64,000 bases of DNA, from NCBI GenBank assembly GCA_029565065.1, contig JAKQOW010000018.1, forward strand, positions 4,043 to 68,042, read 5' to 3'. Position numbers and translations under genes: made by a program. A model generated the notes under the pieces. The model was not told where the DNA came from and made no database searches. It saw only the letters and a program-made list of their open reading frames with translations. The stretch is from Acidobacteriota bacterium (GTDB taxonomy: Bacteria > Acidobacteriota > JAAYUB01). Shown here piece by piece: positions 54,899 through 64,000 of this stretch (position 1 is the first letter of the stretch; each line of letters opens with the position of its first letter).

Positions 54899-56020
54899 AT
54901 GATTCACCTGGTAGTGGGCGCCAAGGGCATCGAAGAGGAGCGGGAGCTGTCCTTCGACCAGAATATCGTCAAGATCGGGCGGCTGAAAGAGAACGACCTG
55001 CCCCTTCCGGCAGCCAACGTGTCGCGCGTCCACTGCATCATCACGTTCGAAAACGGCGAGTACTACATTTCAGACTCCAGCTCCAACGGCACCTTGCTCA
55101 ACGGTGAAATCGTGGGGCGCAACCGCCGGCTGCCTCTGCGTCACGGCGACCGCATCGAAATCGGGGATTTTCTGATCCGTTTCGTGATCCAGGATGCCCA
55201 CGAAGAGTTCGAGAAGACCACCGATTTTCTCCAGGCCAAGTTTGCGGAGCTGCTGGTCCAACCCAAAGCCGAGACCCGCATCCCTTACCTGCTCATCGTG
55301 GGCGGTCCCACCAACGGCACCCGCGTGGAGCTTCTGGACGAGACGGGCGAAACTCTCATGGGGCGCACCCCGGACTGCCCGGTCCAGATTCCCTCACCGA
55401 CCGTCTCCAAGCATCACGCCCGGATCATCCGGCGCGGGGCGATCATCGAAGTCGAGGACTTGGGCAGCTCCAACGGCACCTGCGTGAACGGCCAGCCGGT
55501 CCAGGGTATCCAGCCGATCCAGGACCGCGACGAGATCATCCTGGGACAGCAGGGCATCGCCGATCCCATCAAGATCGTGCTGTCGATCCCCGTCCCGCTG
55601 ACCGAACAGGAGCCCGGAATCCCGCCGGCGGCGCCGCCCGTTGCGCCGCCGAAGGCCGAGACCGGTGCGGAAGCGCCATCCACGGTGATGGATCCCAAGA
55701 TGGCCGCACCGGCTGCCGCCCCGCCGTCTCCGGAGACCGCCAAGTCTGACGCCCCCGCCGCCGCCCCGCCGACGGCACCCGAGCCGCCACCCGTCCCGCC
55801 ACCCGCGCCGGAGCCCCCGCCGCCCGCGCCGCCGCCACCCACCGTCAAAGGCGCCGGGCCCGAACCCAAGGCGGCCGCCGAATCCAAGTCGTCCGCCCCC
55901 AAGGCCCCTCCGCCTGAAGAGGTTAAGACCGGCATGGGCGCGCTGGAATGGATCATCATCGGCGTCGGCGTGCTGGCCGTGATCGCCGTCGTCGCGGTTC
56001 TGGTGATCTATCTGGTGTGA
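54899..56020 (+). CDS. double-FHA protein with long Pro/Ala-rich linker and C-terminal tail-anchor TM (373 aa)
   Basis: FHA1 (GR..S.RVHCIITFENGEYYISDSSSNGTLLNGE) and FHA2 (GRTPDCPVQIPSPTVSKHHARII...DLGSSNGTCVNGQ); PAAPPVAPP...PPPAPEPPPPAPPPP linker; C-terminal TM WIIIGVGVLAVIAVVAVLVIYLV. Confidence 0.7.
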   Translation: MIHLVVGAKGIEEERELSFDQNIVKIGRLKENDLPLPAANVSRVHCIITFENGEYYISDSSSNGTLLNGEIVGRNRRLPLRHGDRIEIGDFLIRFVIQDAHEEFEKTTDFLQAKFAELLVQPKAETRIPYLLIVGGPTNGTRVELLDETGETLMGRTPDCPVQIPSPTVSKHHARIIRRGAIIEVEDLGSSNGTCVNGQPVQGIQPIQDRDEIILGQQGIADPIKIVLSIPVPLTEQEPGIPPAAPPVAPPKAETGAEAPSTVMDPKMAAPAAAPPSPETAKSDAPAAAPPTAPEPPPVPPPAPEPPPPAPPPPTVKGAGPEPKAAAESKSSAPKAPPPEEVKTGMGALEWIIIGVGVLAVIAVVAVLVIYLV

Positions 56021-56026
56021 CATTCC

Positions 56027-57529
56027 TTAGAAATACTTGCGGGCTTCGCTTTGGAGGAATTCGTCCAGGCGCTGAATACGCCGGTCGAACACCATCTTCC
56101 GGAAATCCTCGACCAGCCGGATGGCGTCCAGCTCAGCCAGGATGATATTGATCTCCCACATGGTCCGCTGGCGCTGGACACGGATATCGTCTCGGTCCCC
56201 CTCCAACTCGGGCGCGCGGAGAACCCGGCGAGTCAGGTCCTTGTACGCCTCGTGCTCCGCCTTCAGTTCCTTGACGTGCTTAAACAAACGGGTCAGCGCG
56301 CCCTGGATCCGGGTGGCCGCATCCTCGCCGTCGCTGACGCTCTGCCGGTATTGCCCGAACGCCTCGCAGATGGCGCGCGCCTGGCCGTCGGTGATGCCGC
56401 TCACCGCAGCCAGGTCTTTGGACGTGGCCATGAAGTACTTGTCCAGCGAATTCATGCCCGCCGCGATGAGCTTGTTACGGCTGACCGGTCCGATGCCCGG
56501 CGTCTTGCGCAGGATGGTGTTGATAATGATGGTGTCCCGAACCGAGCCGCGGGTGGCGTGGGAACCCGACGTGGCAAAGGCTTCCGGCAGCAGCGTGGTG
56601 AGGTTGGCGTACTCCTTCAGCAGCTGGATCCGGATGTCGCGGGATATGCTCGTACTCTCGGAGTACTTGGCGTCCATCATCAACTTTTTGAACCGGTCCA
56701 GAATGCGGTTGATTTTCTCATAGCTCATCTTGGTGCCGGCATCTTCAATGATCTTCAGGGAGCTGATGCAGATGTCCACCCACTGCTTGCTCGCAGCTCC
56801 GGACTGGAGTTCGGCGACGAACTCCTTGACCGGCTGAAGATAGGCGCTGGATATGGACAGGAACAGCTTCTGGATCTCGCCCTCCTCGGATGAGGACAGG
56901 GCCACCCTCCCCTCATCGGGCTGCACCGCCACCGCTTGAGACGGCCGCGGCTGGGTGATGGCGTCAAAGGCGTCATCCAGGTCGTCCAGCAGCGAATCGA
57001 CGAAATCGCCAAAGCCCTCCATCTCGTCAAAGGGGTCGTCGACGATGGCCGCCGCCGCGCCGGTCGCCGACGGCGGAGCGGGCGCCATCGCTTTTTCCTG
57101 GGCCAATTTACGGATAAAGTTTTTCAACAGCGCGGAATTCTGGGAGGCGAACCTGAACGCCGGTGCCGGTTCGCCCGGCGGCAGCTCCTGTTGCGTGGCG
57201 TAATGCCGCTTCAGGTTCAGTGCCAGGTCCTGGATCTCCTCGATGAAGACTTCCATCTGGCGGTTGGTGGCGGCCAATCCCTTCTCGTCCAATAATTTGC
57301 TGAGTTGATGCAGATCATGAGCCGCTTCGCTGACCCCCACCAATCCGGCACCCAGTTGCTGGGCAGCCAAGAGGAACTCTCCACACTGGAGCGCCAAGGC
57401 GTGGTAATACGCGCGATTGTCCGGGTAGGCCTTGATCCGTGTTGCGTACAACTCCATCAAGCTGAACACGTCATCGGTGTTGACGATAAAGTCTTCTAGA
57501 CGCTTCAGATGATCCATGGCTTGGCTCAC
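56027..57529 (-). CDS. hypothetical protein with tandem helix-hairpin-helix motifs (500 aa)
   Basis: KTPGIGPVSRNKLIAAG and VSGITDGQARAICEAFG HhH-like motifs; acidic low-complexity central region. Convergent with the FHA operon (7-nt gap). Confidence 0.45.
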   Translation of the reverse strand: MSQAMDHLKRLEDFIVNTDDVFSLMELYATRIKAYPDNRAYYHALALQCGEFLLAAQQLGAGLVGVSEAAHDLHQLSKLLDEKGLAATNRQMEVFIEEIQDLALNLKRHYATQQELPPGEPAPAFRFASQNSALLKNFIRKLAQEKAMAPAPPSATGAAAAIVDDPFDEMEGFGDFVDSLLDDLDDAFDAITQPRPSQAVAVQPDEGRVALSSSEEGEIQKLFLSISSAYLQPVKEFVAELQSGAASKQWVDICISSLKIIEDAGTKMSYEKINRILDRFKKLMMDAKYSESTSISRDIRIQLLKEYANLTTLLPEAFATSGSHATRGSVRDTIIINTILRKTPGIGPVSRNKLIAAGMNSLDKYFMATSKDLAAVSGITDGQARAICEAFGQYRQSVSDGEDAATRIQGALTRLFKHVKELKAEHEAYKDLTRRVLRAPELEGDRDDIRVQRQRTMWEINIILAELDAIRLVEDFRKMVFDRRIQRLDEFLQSEARKYF

Positions 57530-57587
57530 TGGGAACAGCCGCCATAATATAAGAAGGGAGAGGATTTTGCAACGCGGAAAAAATCAG

Positions 57588-57615
57588 TAGACAACTATGC
57601 ACATTCAAGTACAAT
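57588..57615 (+). promoter_or_regulatory. sigma-70-like promoter of nuo operon
   Basis: TAGACA-16 nt-TACAAT about 55 nt upstream of the nuoA ATG. Confidence 0.4.
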
Positions 57616-57669
57616 TACAACCGAATCTGGCAATTCGGGAAACTCCAACCTCTGGTTTCAGGGGTTCAT

Positions 57670-58053
57670 ATGCATCAAGAGCCCACCTACACTCAGTATT
57701 TTGCCATTTTCCTGTTCATCGCAATTGCCCTGCTCTTCCCGGCAGTTGCGCTGTTGATCGGACGGCTGCTGCGTCCGCATCGTCCTGATCCCGCCAAGCT
57801 GACGCCGTTCGAATGCGGCATGGAGCCGGTGGGCGACGCCCGGGAGCGCTATCCGGTCCGTTACTATGTCATTGCCCTGCTGTTCCTGATCTTCGATGTC
57901 GAGACAATCTTCATCTTTCCCTGGGCGGTGATCTATCAGGGCAACAGTCCTGCAGTAACCCTGTTCCTGCTTCTCGAAATGGCGGTTTTCTTCGCCATCG
58001 TGATCATCGGGTATGTGTACATCTGGAAAAAGGGCGCGTTGAAATGGGTATAG
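57670..58053 (+). CDS. nuoA: NADH-quinone oxidoreductase subunit A
   Basis: 127 aa, 3 TM; [32 protein letters not shown] NuoA/ND3 signature. Confidence 0.85.
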   Translation: MHQEPTYTQYFAIFLFIAIALLFPAVALLIGRLLRPHRPDPAKLTPFECGMEPVGDARERYPVRYYVIALLFLIFDVETIFIFPWAVIYQGNSPAVTLFLLLEMAVFFAIVIIGYVYIWKKGALKWV

Positions 58054-58514
58054 AAGGCAAACTCCCCCGCGGCGTCATCACGACCACGGTCGATTTTTTC
58101 TATAACTGGGCCCGCAAGTCGTCGATCTGGCCGGTCACCTTCGGTCTGGCCTGCTGCGCCATCGAGATGATGGCCGCGGGTGCCTCGCGGTGGGACCTGG
58201 ATCGTTTCGGCATCCTGTACCGGCCGTCGCCCCGCCAATCCGACCTCATGGTGGTCGCCGGCACCGTCACGCTGAAGATGGCCCCGGCGGTCAAGCGCAT
58301 CTATGACCAGATGCCGGATCCGAAGTGGGTGATCGCCATGGGCGCCTGCGCCAATGTCGGCGGTCCGTTCGACTCGTACGCGGTCCTGCAGGGCGTGAAC
58401 AAGCTGTTGCCGGTGGACGTGTATGTCCCCGGGTGTCCCCCCCGGCCGGAGGCCCTGATCTACGGTCTCATGAAGCTTCAGGACAAAATCGGCCAGATGA
58501 CCATCGCCCGTTAA
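58044..58514 (+). CDS. nuoB: NADH-quinone oxidoreductase subunit B (N2 cluster)
   Basis: [15 protein letters not shown]...[11 protein letters not shown]...[10 protein letters not shown] (CCxxE...C...CP cluster ligands). Start ATG 58044 overlaps the nuoA end. Confidence 0.9.
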   Translation: MGIEGKLPRGVITTTVDFFYNWARKSSIWPVTFGLACCAIEMMAAGASRWDLDRFGILYRPSPRQSDLMVVAGTVTLKMAPAVKRIYDQMPDPKWVIAMGACANVGGPFDSYAVLQGVNKLLPVDVYVPGCPPRPEALIYGLMKLQDKIGQMTIAR

Positions 58515-58538
58515 AACCCGACCGACGGCGGACAAGGC

Positions 58539-59141
58539 ATGAACGATCAAGCACCTTCCACTCAACCCCAGGCCCCCGGCGGCGATGCGGCGCCCGCGGG
58601 GCCCCGGTACGAGCCGCTCGCGCAGAACCCGGTTGCGGACGGGATCAATCAGCGCTGGCCGGGCGGGTGCACCGGCGCCTGGAGTTTTCTGGACCAATGG
58701 TTCTTCGACGTCGCCAAAGATCACGTAGCGGAAATCGGCCAGTGGCTGCGCGATGAGATGCGGTTCGACATGTGCGCGGACGTGACCGCCGTCCATTATC
58801 CCGAACGGGAAAGCCCTTTCACGGTTATCTATAATCTGTATTCGTTCGCCGACAACCGGCGGATCCTGCTTCGCGCGGAGCTCGCCGCCGACGCGGCCAT
58901 CCCCAGCGTCACCGCCGTGTGGCCCTCGGCCGCCTGGCCGGAACGGGAGGTGTTCGACATGTTCGGCATCCGCTTCAGCGGCCACCCGGACCTGCGGCGG
59001 ATCCTCATGCCCGAGGACTGGACCGGTCACCCGCTGCGGAAGGACTATGACATCCGCGGGCGGGATCCGCAGTGGATCGCCCGCCACCTGGAACTGCGCA
59101 CCCCCGCCGCCGCGCCCGAGGGAGAGGCCTCCCATGAGTAA
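58539..59141 (+). CDS. nuoC: NADH-quinone oxidoreductase subunit C
   Basis: 200 aa; [29 protein letters not shown] typical NuoC/30 kDa motif. Confidence 0.85.
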   Translation: MNDQAPSTQPQAPGGDAAPAGPRYEPLAQNPVADGINQRWPGGCTGAWSFLDQWFFDVAKDHVAEIGQWLRDEMRFDMCADVTAVHYPERESPFTVIYNLYSFADNRRILLRAELAADAAIPSVTAVWPSAAWPEREVFDMFGIRFSGHPDLRRILMPEDWTGHPLRKDYDIRGRDPQWIARHLELRTPAAAPEGEASHE

Positions 59142-60270
59142 TACCGCACCCCCCGCCGCCGCGACCGCCCCCATCCTGAAAGAAGATGTGATGGTCCTGA
59201 ACATGGGCCCCCAACACCCGTCCACGCACGGGGTGCTCCGCGTGATCCTGAAGCTGGACGGCGAAAAGATCGTGGACCTGGATTGCGACATCGGCTACCT
59301 GCACCGGGGCATCGAGAAGATCGCCGAGAACCGCTCCTACACCGGCGCCGCTCCGTACATGGACCGGCTGGACTACATCGCCGCCGTGTCCAACAACCTG
59401 GCCTACGTCGGCGCCGTGGAAAAGCTCGCCGGTGTGCAGGTGCCGCCCAAGGCGCAGCACGTCCGGGTCATCCTGACCGAGCTGACCCGCATCGCCTCGC
59501 ACCTGCTCTGGCTGGGGACCCACGCGATGGACATCGGCGCCCTCACCGTTTTCCTCTACTGCTTCCGCGAACGCGAAGACATCCTGAACATCCTCGAGAT
59601 GACCACCGGCGCCCGGCTGACCACCAACGCCTTCCGGGTCGGCGGGCTGGCCGCCGACATCCCCGACGGCTTCGTCGAGAAGACCCGCGCGTTCTGCGAC
59701 CTGATCGGCGGCCGGATCGACGAGTATGAGGGCCTCCTGTCGGCCAACCGGATCTGGCTCTCCCGCACCCGGGGGATCGGGGTCATCAACGCCGGCGACG
59801 CCGTCGCCATCGGCCTGTCGGGGCCATCGCTGCGAGGTTCCGGGGTGAAGTGGGATCTGCGCAAGGCCCAGCCCTACGAAGCTTACTCCAAGTTCGAATT
59901 CGACATCCCCACAGGTGCAAACGGCGACACCTACGACCGGTACCTGGTGCGCCTCGAGGAAATGCGGCAGGCCAAGCGGATCATCCTCCAGGCGCTGGAC
60001 GGGATGCCGGAGGGCGATTTCCGGGCCAAGGTGCCACGGGTCCTCAAGCCGCCCGCCGGCGAGGTGTACCATTCCATCGAGGCGCCCAAGGGTGAACTGG
60101 GCTTCTATCTCGTCAGCGACGGTTCGGCGAATCCCTACCGGGTCCGCATCAAGGGGCCGTCGTTCTTCAACCTGCAGGCGATGCGCCGGCTGTGCATCGG
60201 CCACTTCGTCGCCGACGTGGTGGCCATCATCGGCACGCTGGACATCGTCCTCGGCGAAATCGACCGTTAA
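59134..60270 (+). CDS. nuoD: NADH-quinone oxidoreductase subunit D
   Basis: [26 protein letters not shown]...[10 protein letters not shown]...[10 protein letters not shown]; start ATG 59134 overlapping the nuoC stop. Confidence 0.9.
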   Translation: MSNTAPPAAATAPILKEDVMVLNMGPQHPSTHGVLRVILKLDGEKIVDLDCDIGYLHRGIEKIAENRSYTGAAPYMDRLDYIAAVSNNLAYVGAVEKLAGVQVPPKAQHVRVILTELTRIASHLLWLGTHAMDIGALTVFLYCFREREDILNILEMTTGARLTTNAFRVGGLAADIPDGFVEKTRAFCDLIGGRIDEYEGLLSANRIWLSRTRGIGVINAGDAVAIGLSGPSLRGSGVKWDLRKAQPYEAYSKFEFDIPTGANGDTYDRYLVRLEEMRQAKRIILQALDGMPEGDFRAKVPRVLKPPAGEVYHSIEAPKGELGFYLVSDGSANPYRVRIKGPSFFNLQAMRRLCIGHFVADVVAIIGTLDIVLGEIDR

Positions 60271-60290
60271 TCTCACGGGGAAACTGGCCC

Positions 60291-61328
60291 ATGCTGGAAC
60301 TGTTTAAGCCGTACACCGAAGAACTGGTCAAGATCGTCATCCTGCTCGCCCTGATCTCGCTGGCCATCGCCTACCTGACCTGGCTGGAGCGGAAGGTCAT
60401 CGGGCACATCCAGTCGCGGCTCGGCCCCATGCGGGTCGGCTGGCACGGCCTGCTCCAACCCATCGCCGACGGGATCAAGTTCATCATCAAGGAAGACATC
60501 ATTCCGGCCAAGGCCGACCGGTTCGGCTTCATCCTGGCGCCCCTGCTGGCGTTCATTCCCGCATTCATCGTCTTCGCCCTGATCCCCTTCGACGGCCCGC
60601 AGGCCTTCACTGTCGGCGGCAAAACCTACAGCGGCTATGTGGCCGACGTTGACATCGCGCTGCTGTTCGTCATGGCCATCACCTCCATCTGCGTGCTGGG
60701 CCTGATTGTGGGCGGCTGGGCCTCGAACAGCAAGTACCCGCTTCTCGGCGCGCTCCGGTCGGTGGCCCAGCTGGTCAGCTACGAGATCCCCATGGGCCTG
60801 TCGGTCATGGGCGTTGTGCTGATGGCCGGCTCCCTGAGCCTCGTGCGGATCGTCCAAGCCCAGGAGCGGCTCGGCTGGTGGTTCTTCCTGCCGCAGCTCG
60901 TGGGCTTCGTGATCTATTTCATCTGCGGCGTGGCCGAGACCAACCGCAACCCCTTCGACCTGCCCGAGGCCGAGGCCGAATTGGTGGGAGGGTACCACAC
61001 CGAATACAGCGGCTTTCGCTTCGCCCTGTTCTTCCTGGCCGAGTACGCCAACATGATCACCATCTCGGCGGTGGCCGCCACCCTGTTCCTGGGCGGCTGG
61101 TTGATGCCGTTCCCCTCGCTGCTCGCGCCCTATCTGTCCTGGGTGCCAGGCATCGTGTGGTTCTCGCTCAAGGTGTTCGCCTTCCTCTTCCTGTATCTCT
61201 GGTTCCGGGGCACGTTTCCCCGCTACCGCTTCGACCAGCTCATGGGGATCATGTGGAAGATCCTGCTGCCGGTCGCCATCGCCAACATCCTGGTCACCGC
61301 CGGGGTGATGCTGTATCTCAACCGATGA
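60291..61328 (+). CDS. nuoH: NADH-quinone oxidoreductase subunit H
   Basis: 345 aa, 8 TM; LERKVIGHIQSRLGPMRVGWHGLLQPIADGIKF, AETNRNPFDLPEAEAELVGGYHTEYSG. Confidence 0.9.
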   Translation: MLELFKPYTEELVKIVILLALISLAIAYLTWLERKVIGHIQSRLGPMRVGWHGLLQPIADGIKFIIKEDIIPAKADRFGFILAPLLAFIPAFIVFALIPFDGPQAFTVGGKTYSGYVADVDIALLFVMAITSICVLGLIVGGWASNSKYPLLGALRSVAQLVSYEIPMGLSVMGVVLMAGSLSLVRIVQAQERLGWWFFLPQLVGFVIYFICGVAETNRNPFDLPEAEAELVGGYHTEYSGFRFALFFLAEYANMITISAVAATLFLGGWLMPFPSLLAPYLSWVPGIVWFSLKVFAFLFLYLWFRGTFPRYRFDQLMGIMWKILLPVAIANILVTAGVMLYLNR

Positions 61329-61345
61329 CCGGGAGGACGCGCGCC

Positions 61346-61804
61346 ATGACTCCTGTCGCCCAGCTGGTCAAGAAGATCCTCTTTATCGACCTGTTCCAGG
61401 GGCTGGCCATCACCATCCGGGAGATGTTCACGCCTGCGGTCACCGAGCAGTATCCGCGGCAGCGCTCCCACGTGTACGAGCGGTTCCGGGGTGAGCCGCG
61501 CATGGGCGTGGACGCCAACGGCAAGACGCTGTGCATCGCCTGCAACCTCTGCGCCCAGGTCTGCCCGGAGAACTGCATCACGGTGAAGCGGGAGAAGAAT
61601 CCGGAGACGAAAAAGTTCGAGCTGACCGGCTACGTGTTCGACATGCGGCGGTGCATGTTTTGCGGCTTCTGCGAGGAGATCTGCCCCACTGACTGCATAC
61701 AGTTGACCCCCGCCTACGAGTTGGCCCGCTACGACGTCCGGGACTTCGTCCTGGAGCTGCCGGCGCTGGAGCGGGGCATGGACAAGACCCACTACCGGAA
61801 GTGA
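61346..61804 (+). CDS. nuoI: NADH-quinone oxidoreductase subunit I (2x[4Fe-4S])
   Basis: [12 protein letters not shown] and [12 protein letters not shown] ferredoxin motifs; GGGAGGA RBS. Confidence 0.9.
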   Translation: MTPVAQLVKKILFIDLFQGLAITIREMFTPAVTEQYPRQRSHVYERFRGEPRMGVDANGKTLCIACNLCAQVCPENCITVKREKNPETKKFELTGYVFDMRRCMFCGFCEEICPTDCIQLTPAYELARYDVRDFVLELPALERGMDKTHYRK

Positions 61805-61815
61805 TAGGGAGCGCC

Positions 61816-62340
61816 ATGGAAACGCTAATCTTCTGGAGCCTGAGCGGACTGATCGTGCTGTTCGCCCTGCTGGTGATCAGCGCCAAGAATCCGGTCCACA
61901 GCGCCATCTTCCTGGTAGGCACCCTGTTGTTCATGGCCGGGCTCTACATCCTCCTCGACGCGGAATTCATCGTCGGTGTGCAGGTCATCGTCTACGTGGG
62001 CGGGATCACCGTGCTGTACCTGTTCGTGATCTCGCTCATTGTCCTGAAGCGCATCCCGCTGGAAAGCACCCTGAACCGGCAGTGGCCGGCGGCGGTCATC
62101 GCCGGCCTCGCGGTGATGGTGGAAGTGGCGTTCTTCCTCCTGAAGGGCGACCTGTTCTTCCAGGTGTTCGAGAAGAAGAAAATGATTTACGGCACCGGCG
62201 AAACGGCGGCCATCGGCCGGGCACTTTACGGCCCCTACGTCTTCCCCTTCGAGATCGCCACCGTGCTGCTGCTGCTGGCCATCATCGGCGCCGTGCTCAT
62301 GAGCCGGAAGCCGGAGCGCGATCAGACCCCGGAGTCTTAA
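61816..62340 (+). CDS. nuoJ: NADH-quinone oxidoreductase subunit J
   Basis: 174 aa, 5 TM; [22 protein letters not shown]. Confidence 0.8.
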   Translation: METLIFWSLSGLIVLFALLVISAKNPVHSAIFLVGTLLFMAGLYILLDAEFIVGVQVIVYVGGITVLYLFVISLIVLKRIPLESTLNRQWPAAVIAGLAVMVEVAFFLLKGDLFFQVFEKKKMIYGTGETAAIGRALYGPYVFPFEIATVLLLLAIIGAVLMSRKPERDQTPES

Positions 62341-62342
62341 CC

Positions 62343-62642
62343 ATGGAGATTTACAATTTTCTCGCCGTCAGCACCATCGTGTTTACCATCGGCCTGATCG
62401 GCGTGCTGGTGCGGCGCAACATCATGATCATCCTCATGTCGCTGGAGCTGATGCTCAACGCGGTCAACCTCAACCTGGTGGCGTTCTCGCGGCTGTGGGG
62501 CGGCGTGGTGGGTCACGTCTTCGTCATCTTCGTGATCACGGTGGCGGCGGCCGAGGCCGCGGTGGGCCTGGCCATCGTCATCGCCGTCTACCGGCACCGC
62601 GAGTCCATCAACATCGACGACATGAACCTGTTGAAATGGTGA
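62343..62642 (+). CDS. nuoK: NADH-quinone oxidoreductase subunit K
   Basis: 99 aa, 3 TM; [18 protein letters not shown]...[17 protein letters not shown]. Confidence 0.85.
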   Translation: MEIYNFLAVSTIVFTIGLIGVLVRRNIMIILMSLELMLNAVNLNLVAFSRLWGGVVGHVFVIFVITVAAAEAAVGLAIVIAVYRHRESINIDDMNLLKW

Positions 62643-62667
62643 TCCCCCTGGAGGCGGAGCTACCCAC

Positions 62668-64000
62668 ATGAACGGTCCCATCCCCTACTTGTGGCTCATT
62701 CCCCTGCTGCCGCTGGCCGGCTTCGCAATCAACGGGCTGTACGGGCTGATCACCCAGCGGGTCCGGGAGCGCAAGCCGAACCGCTACCTCGTCGCCACCC
62801 TGGCCTGCGGGCTGGTGCTGGCGGCGTTCGTCCTCGGCCTCGCCGCCTGCTACGAGCTGGCCCAGCTTCCCGCGGAGGAACGGTCGGTGGAGCAGCTCGT
62901 CTTCCACTGGATTCAGGGCGGCGACGTCGCCACCACCGGCTACGGCGCCGGCGCCGTGGCGCCCGGCACGGTTCCGTTCCAGGTCGAGTGGGCGATCCTG
63001 CTGGATCCCCTGTCGGCGGTCATGCTGTTGGTGGTCACCGGTGTGGGGCTCCTCATTCATGTGTTCGCGATCGGCTACATGTGGGCGGACACCGGTTTTT
63101 ACCGCTTCTTCAGCTACATGAACCTGTTCATGTTCGCCATGCTCGTTCTCGTGCTGGGCAACAACTACCTGATGATGTTCCTCGGCTGGGAAGGCGTCGG
63201 ATTCTGTTCCTACGCCCTCATCGGCTTCTACTTTCACAAGCAGAGCGCCGGCGACGCCGGCAAGAAGGCGTTCGTGGTCAACCGGGTCGGCGACTACGGC
63301 TTCATCGTGGGCGTCCTGCTGCTGTTTGCCACCTTCGGCACATTCAACTACGGCCGGCTGGCCGGCCTGGTCAAGGACCTCCCCGCCGAGGCCCATTTCG
63401 GCATCCTCTCGGCCATCACCCTGCTGTTCTTCATCGGCGCCTGCGGCAAGAGCGCCCAGATCCCGCTCTACGTCTGGCTGCCCGACGCCATGGAGGGCCC
63501 CACGCCGGTGAGCGCGCTGATCCACGCCGCCACCATGGTCACGGCGGGCGTCTACATGGTGACCCGGAGCAATTTCCTGTTCACGCGCGCGCCGGTGTCG
63601 CTGGAACTGGTGGGTTTCGTCGGCGTGACCACCGCGCTGGCCGCCGCCCTGATGGCTTTGTTCCAGCGCGACATCAAGCGGGTGCTCGCCTATTCGACCG
63701 TCTCCCAGCTCGGCTACATGTTCGCCGCGCTGGGCGCGGCTGCCTTCGCCGCCGGGATCATGCACCTGATGACCCACGCCTTCTTCAAGGCGCTGCTCTT
63801 TCTCGGCGCCGGCAGCATCATTCACGCCCTGCACCACGAACAGGACCTGCAGCATATGGGCAACCTGCGGCGGCACATGCCGCTGACGTTCGCCACGATG
63901 TTGATGGCCTACCTGGCCATCTGCGGCATCTTTCCGTTCTCGGGATTCTTCTCCAAAGACGAGATCCTCTGGCGGTCGTTCGCCAGCGGCCATTACGTCT
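62668..64000 (+). CDS. nuoL: NADH-quinone oxidoreductase subunit L (partial, continues past window end)
   Basis: Translation from ATG 62668: MNGPIPYLWLIPLLPLAGFAINGL...FLGWEGVGFCSYALIGFYF...PDAMEGPTPVSALIHAATMVTAGVYM antiporter-like subunit motifs; no stop before 64000. The antisense ORF 62608..63993 is an artifact. Confidence 0.85.
   Translation, partial: MNGPIPYLWLIPLLPLAGFAINGLYGLITQRVRERKPNRYLVATLACGLVLAAFVLGLAACYELAQLPAEERSVEQLVFHWIQGGDVATTGYGAGAVAPGTVPFQVEWAILLDPLSAVMLLVVTGVGLLIHVFAIGYMWADTGFYRFFSYMNLFMFAMLVLVLGNNYLMMFLGWEGVGFCSYALIGFYFHKQSAGDAGKKAFVVNRVGDYGFIVGVLLLFATFGTFNYGRLAGLVKDLPAEAHFGILSAITLLFFIGACGKSAQIPLYVWLPDAMEGPTPVSALIHAATMVTAGVYMVTRSNFLFTRAPVSLELVGFVGVTTALAAALMALFQRDIKRVLAYSTVSQLGYMFAALGAAAFAAGIMHLMTHAFFKALLFLGAGSIIHALHHEQDLQHMGNLRRHMPLTFATMLMAYLAICGIFPFSGFFSKDEILWRSFASGHYV

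Overview
High-GC (about 65-70%) bacterial chromosomal segment, densely coded on both strands, with no rRNA/tRNA, CRISPR or mobile elements detected. The gene content (bacillithiol bshABC, an 11-subunit complex I without nuoEFG) fits an Acidobacteriota-like lineage, but this is uncertain. About 60 CDS are supported. Clear calls: a GalT/Apa2-like HIT gene running off the window start that is missing from the ORF track; a PilZ protein; groES-groEL; a complete bacillithiol operon bshA-bshB-bshC; a histidine kinase; a porin-like OMP plus AmpG; dTDP-rhamnose rfbA-C-D-B; mazG; gmhA; a tandem-cyclophilin PPIase; proline dehydrogenase; pyrH; a UvrD-like helicase; FmdB-nifU-nifS; an aroD-aroE fusion; a radical-SAM TIGR03960/03936 fusion; a FecR-like gene and a GAF-GGDEF diguanylate cyclase coupled to mreB-mreC-mreD-mrdA-rodA; an ECF sigma factor broken by an in-frame TGA plus a zinc-finger anti-sigma; panB-panC plus a DUF2520-like Rossmann protein; and nuoABCD-HIJKL lacking nuoEFG. 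The most unusual region is a tightly packed plus-strand operon at 47112-56020. It encodes a PP2C phosphatase, a small protein, a TPR chaperone-like protein, a group-3 (FliA/sigma-28-family) sigma factor, a FliG-like protein, a FliH/SctL-like protein, and three FHA/TPR membrane or secreted proteins. No flagellar or injectisome structural or ATPase genes lie nearby. This looks like an undescribed phospho-threonine-regulated module built from FliG/FliH components. Starts that the ORF track extended into GC-rich or promoter sequence were re-set by homology, RBS and promoter evidence.
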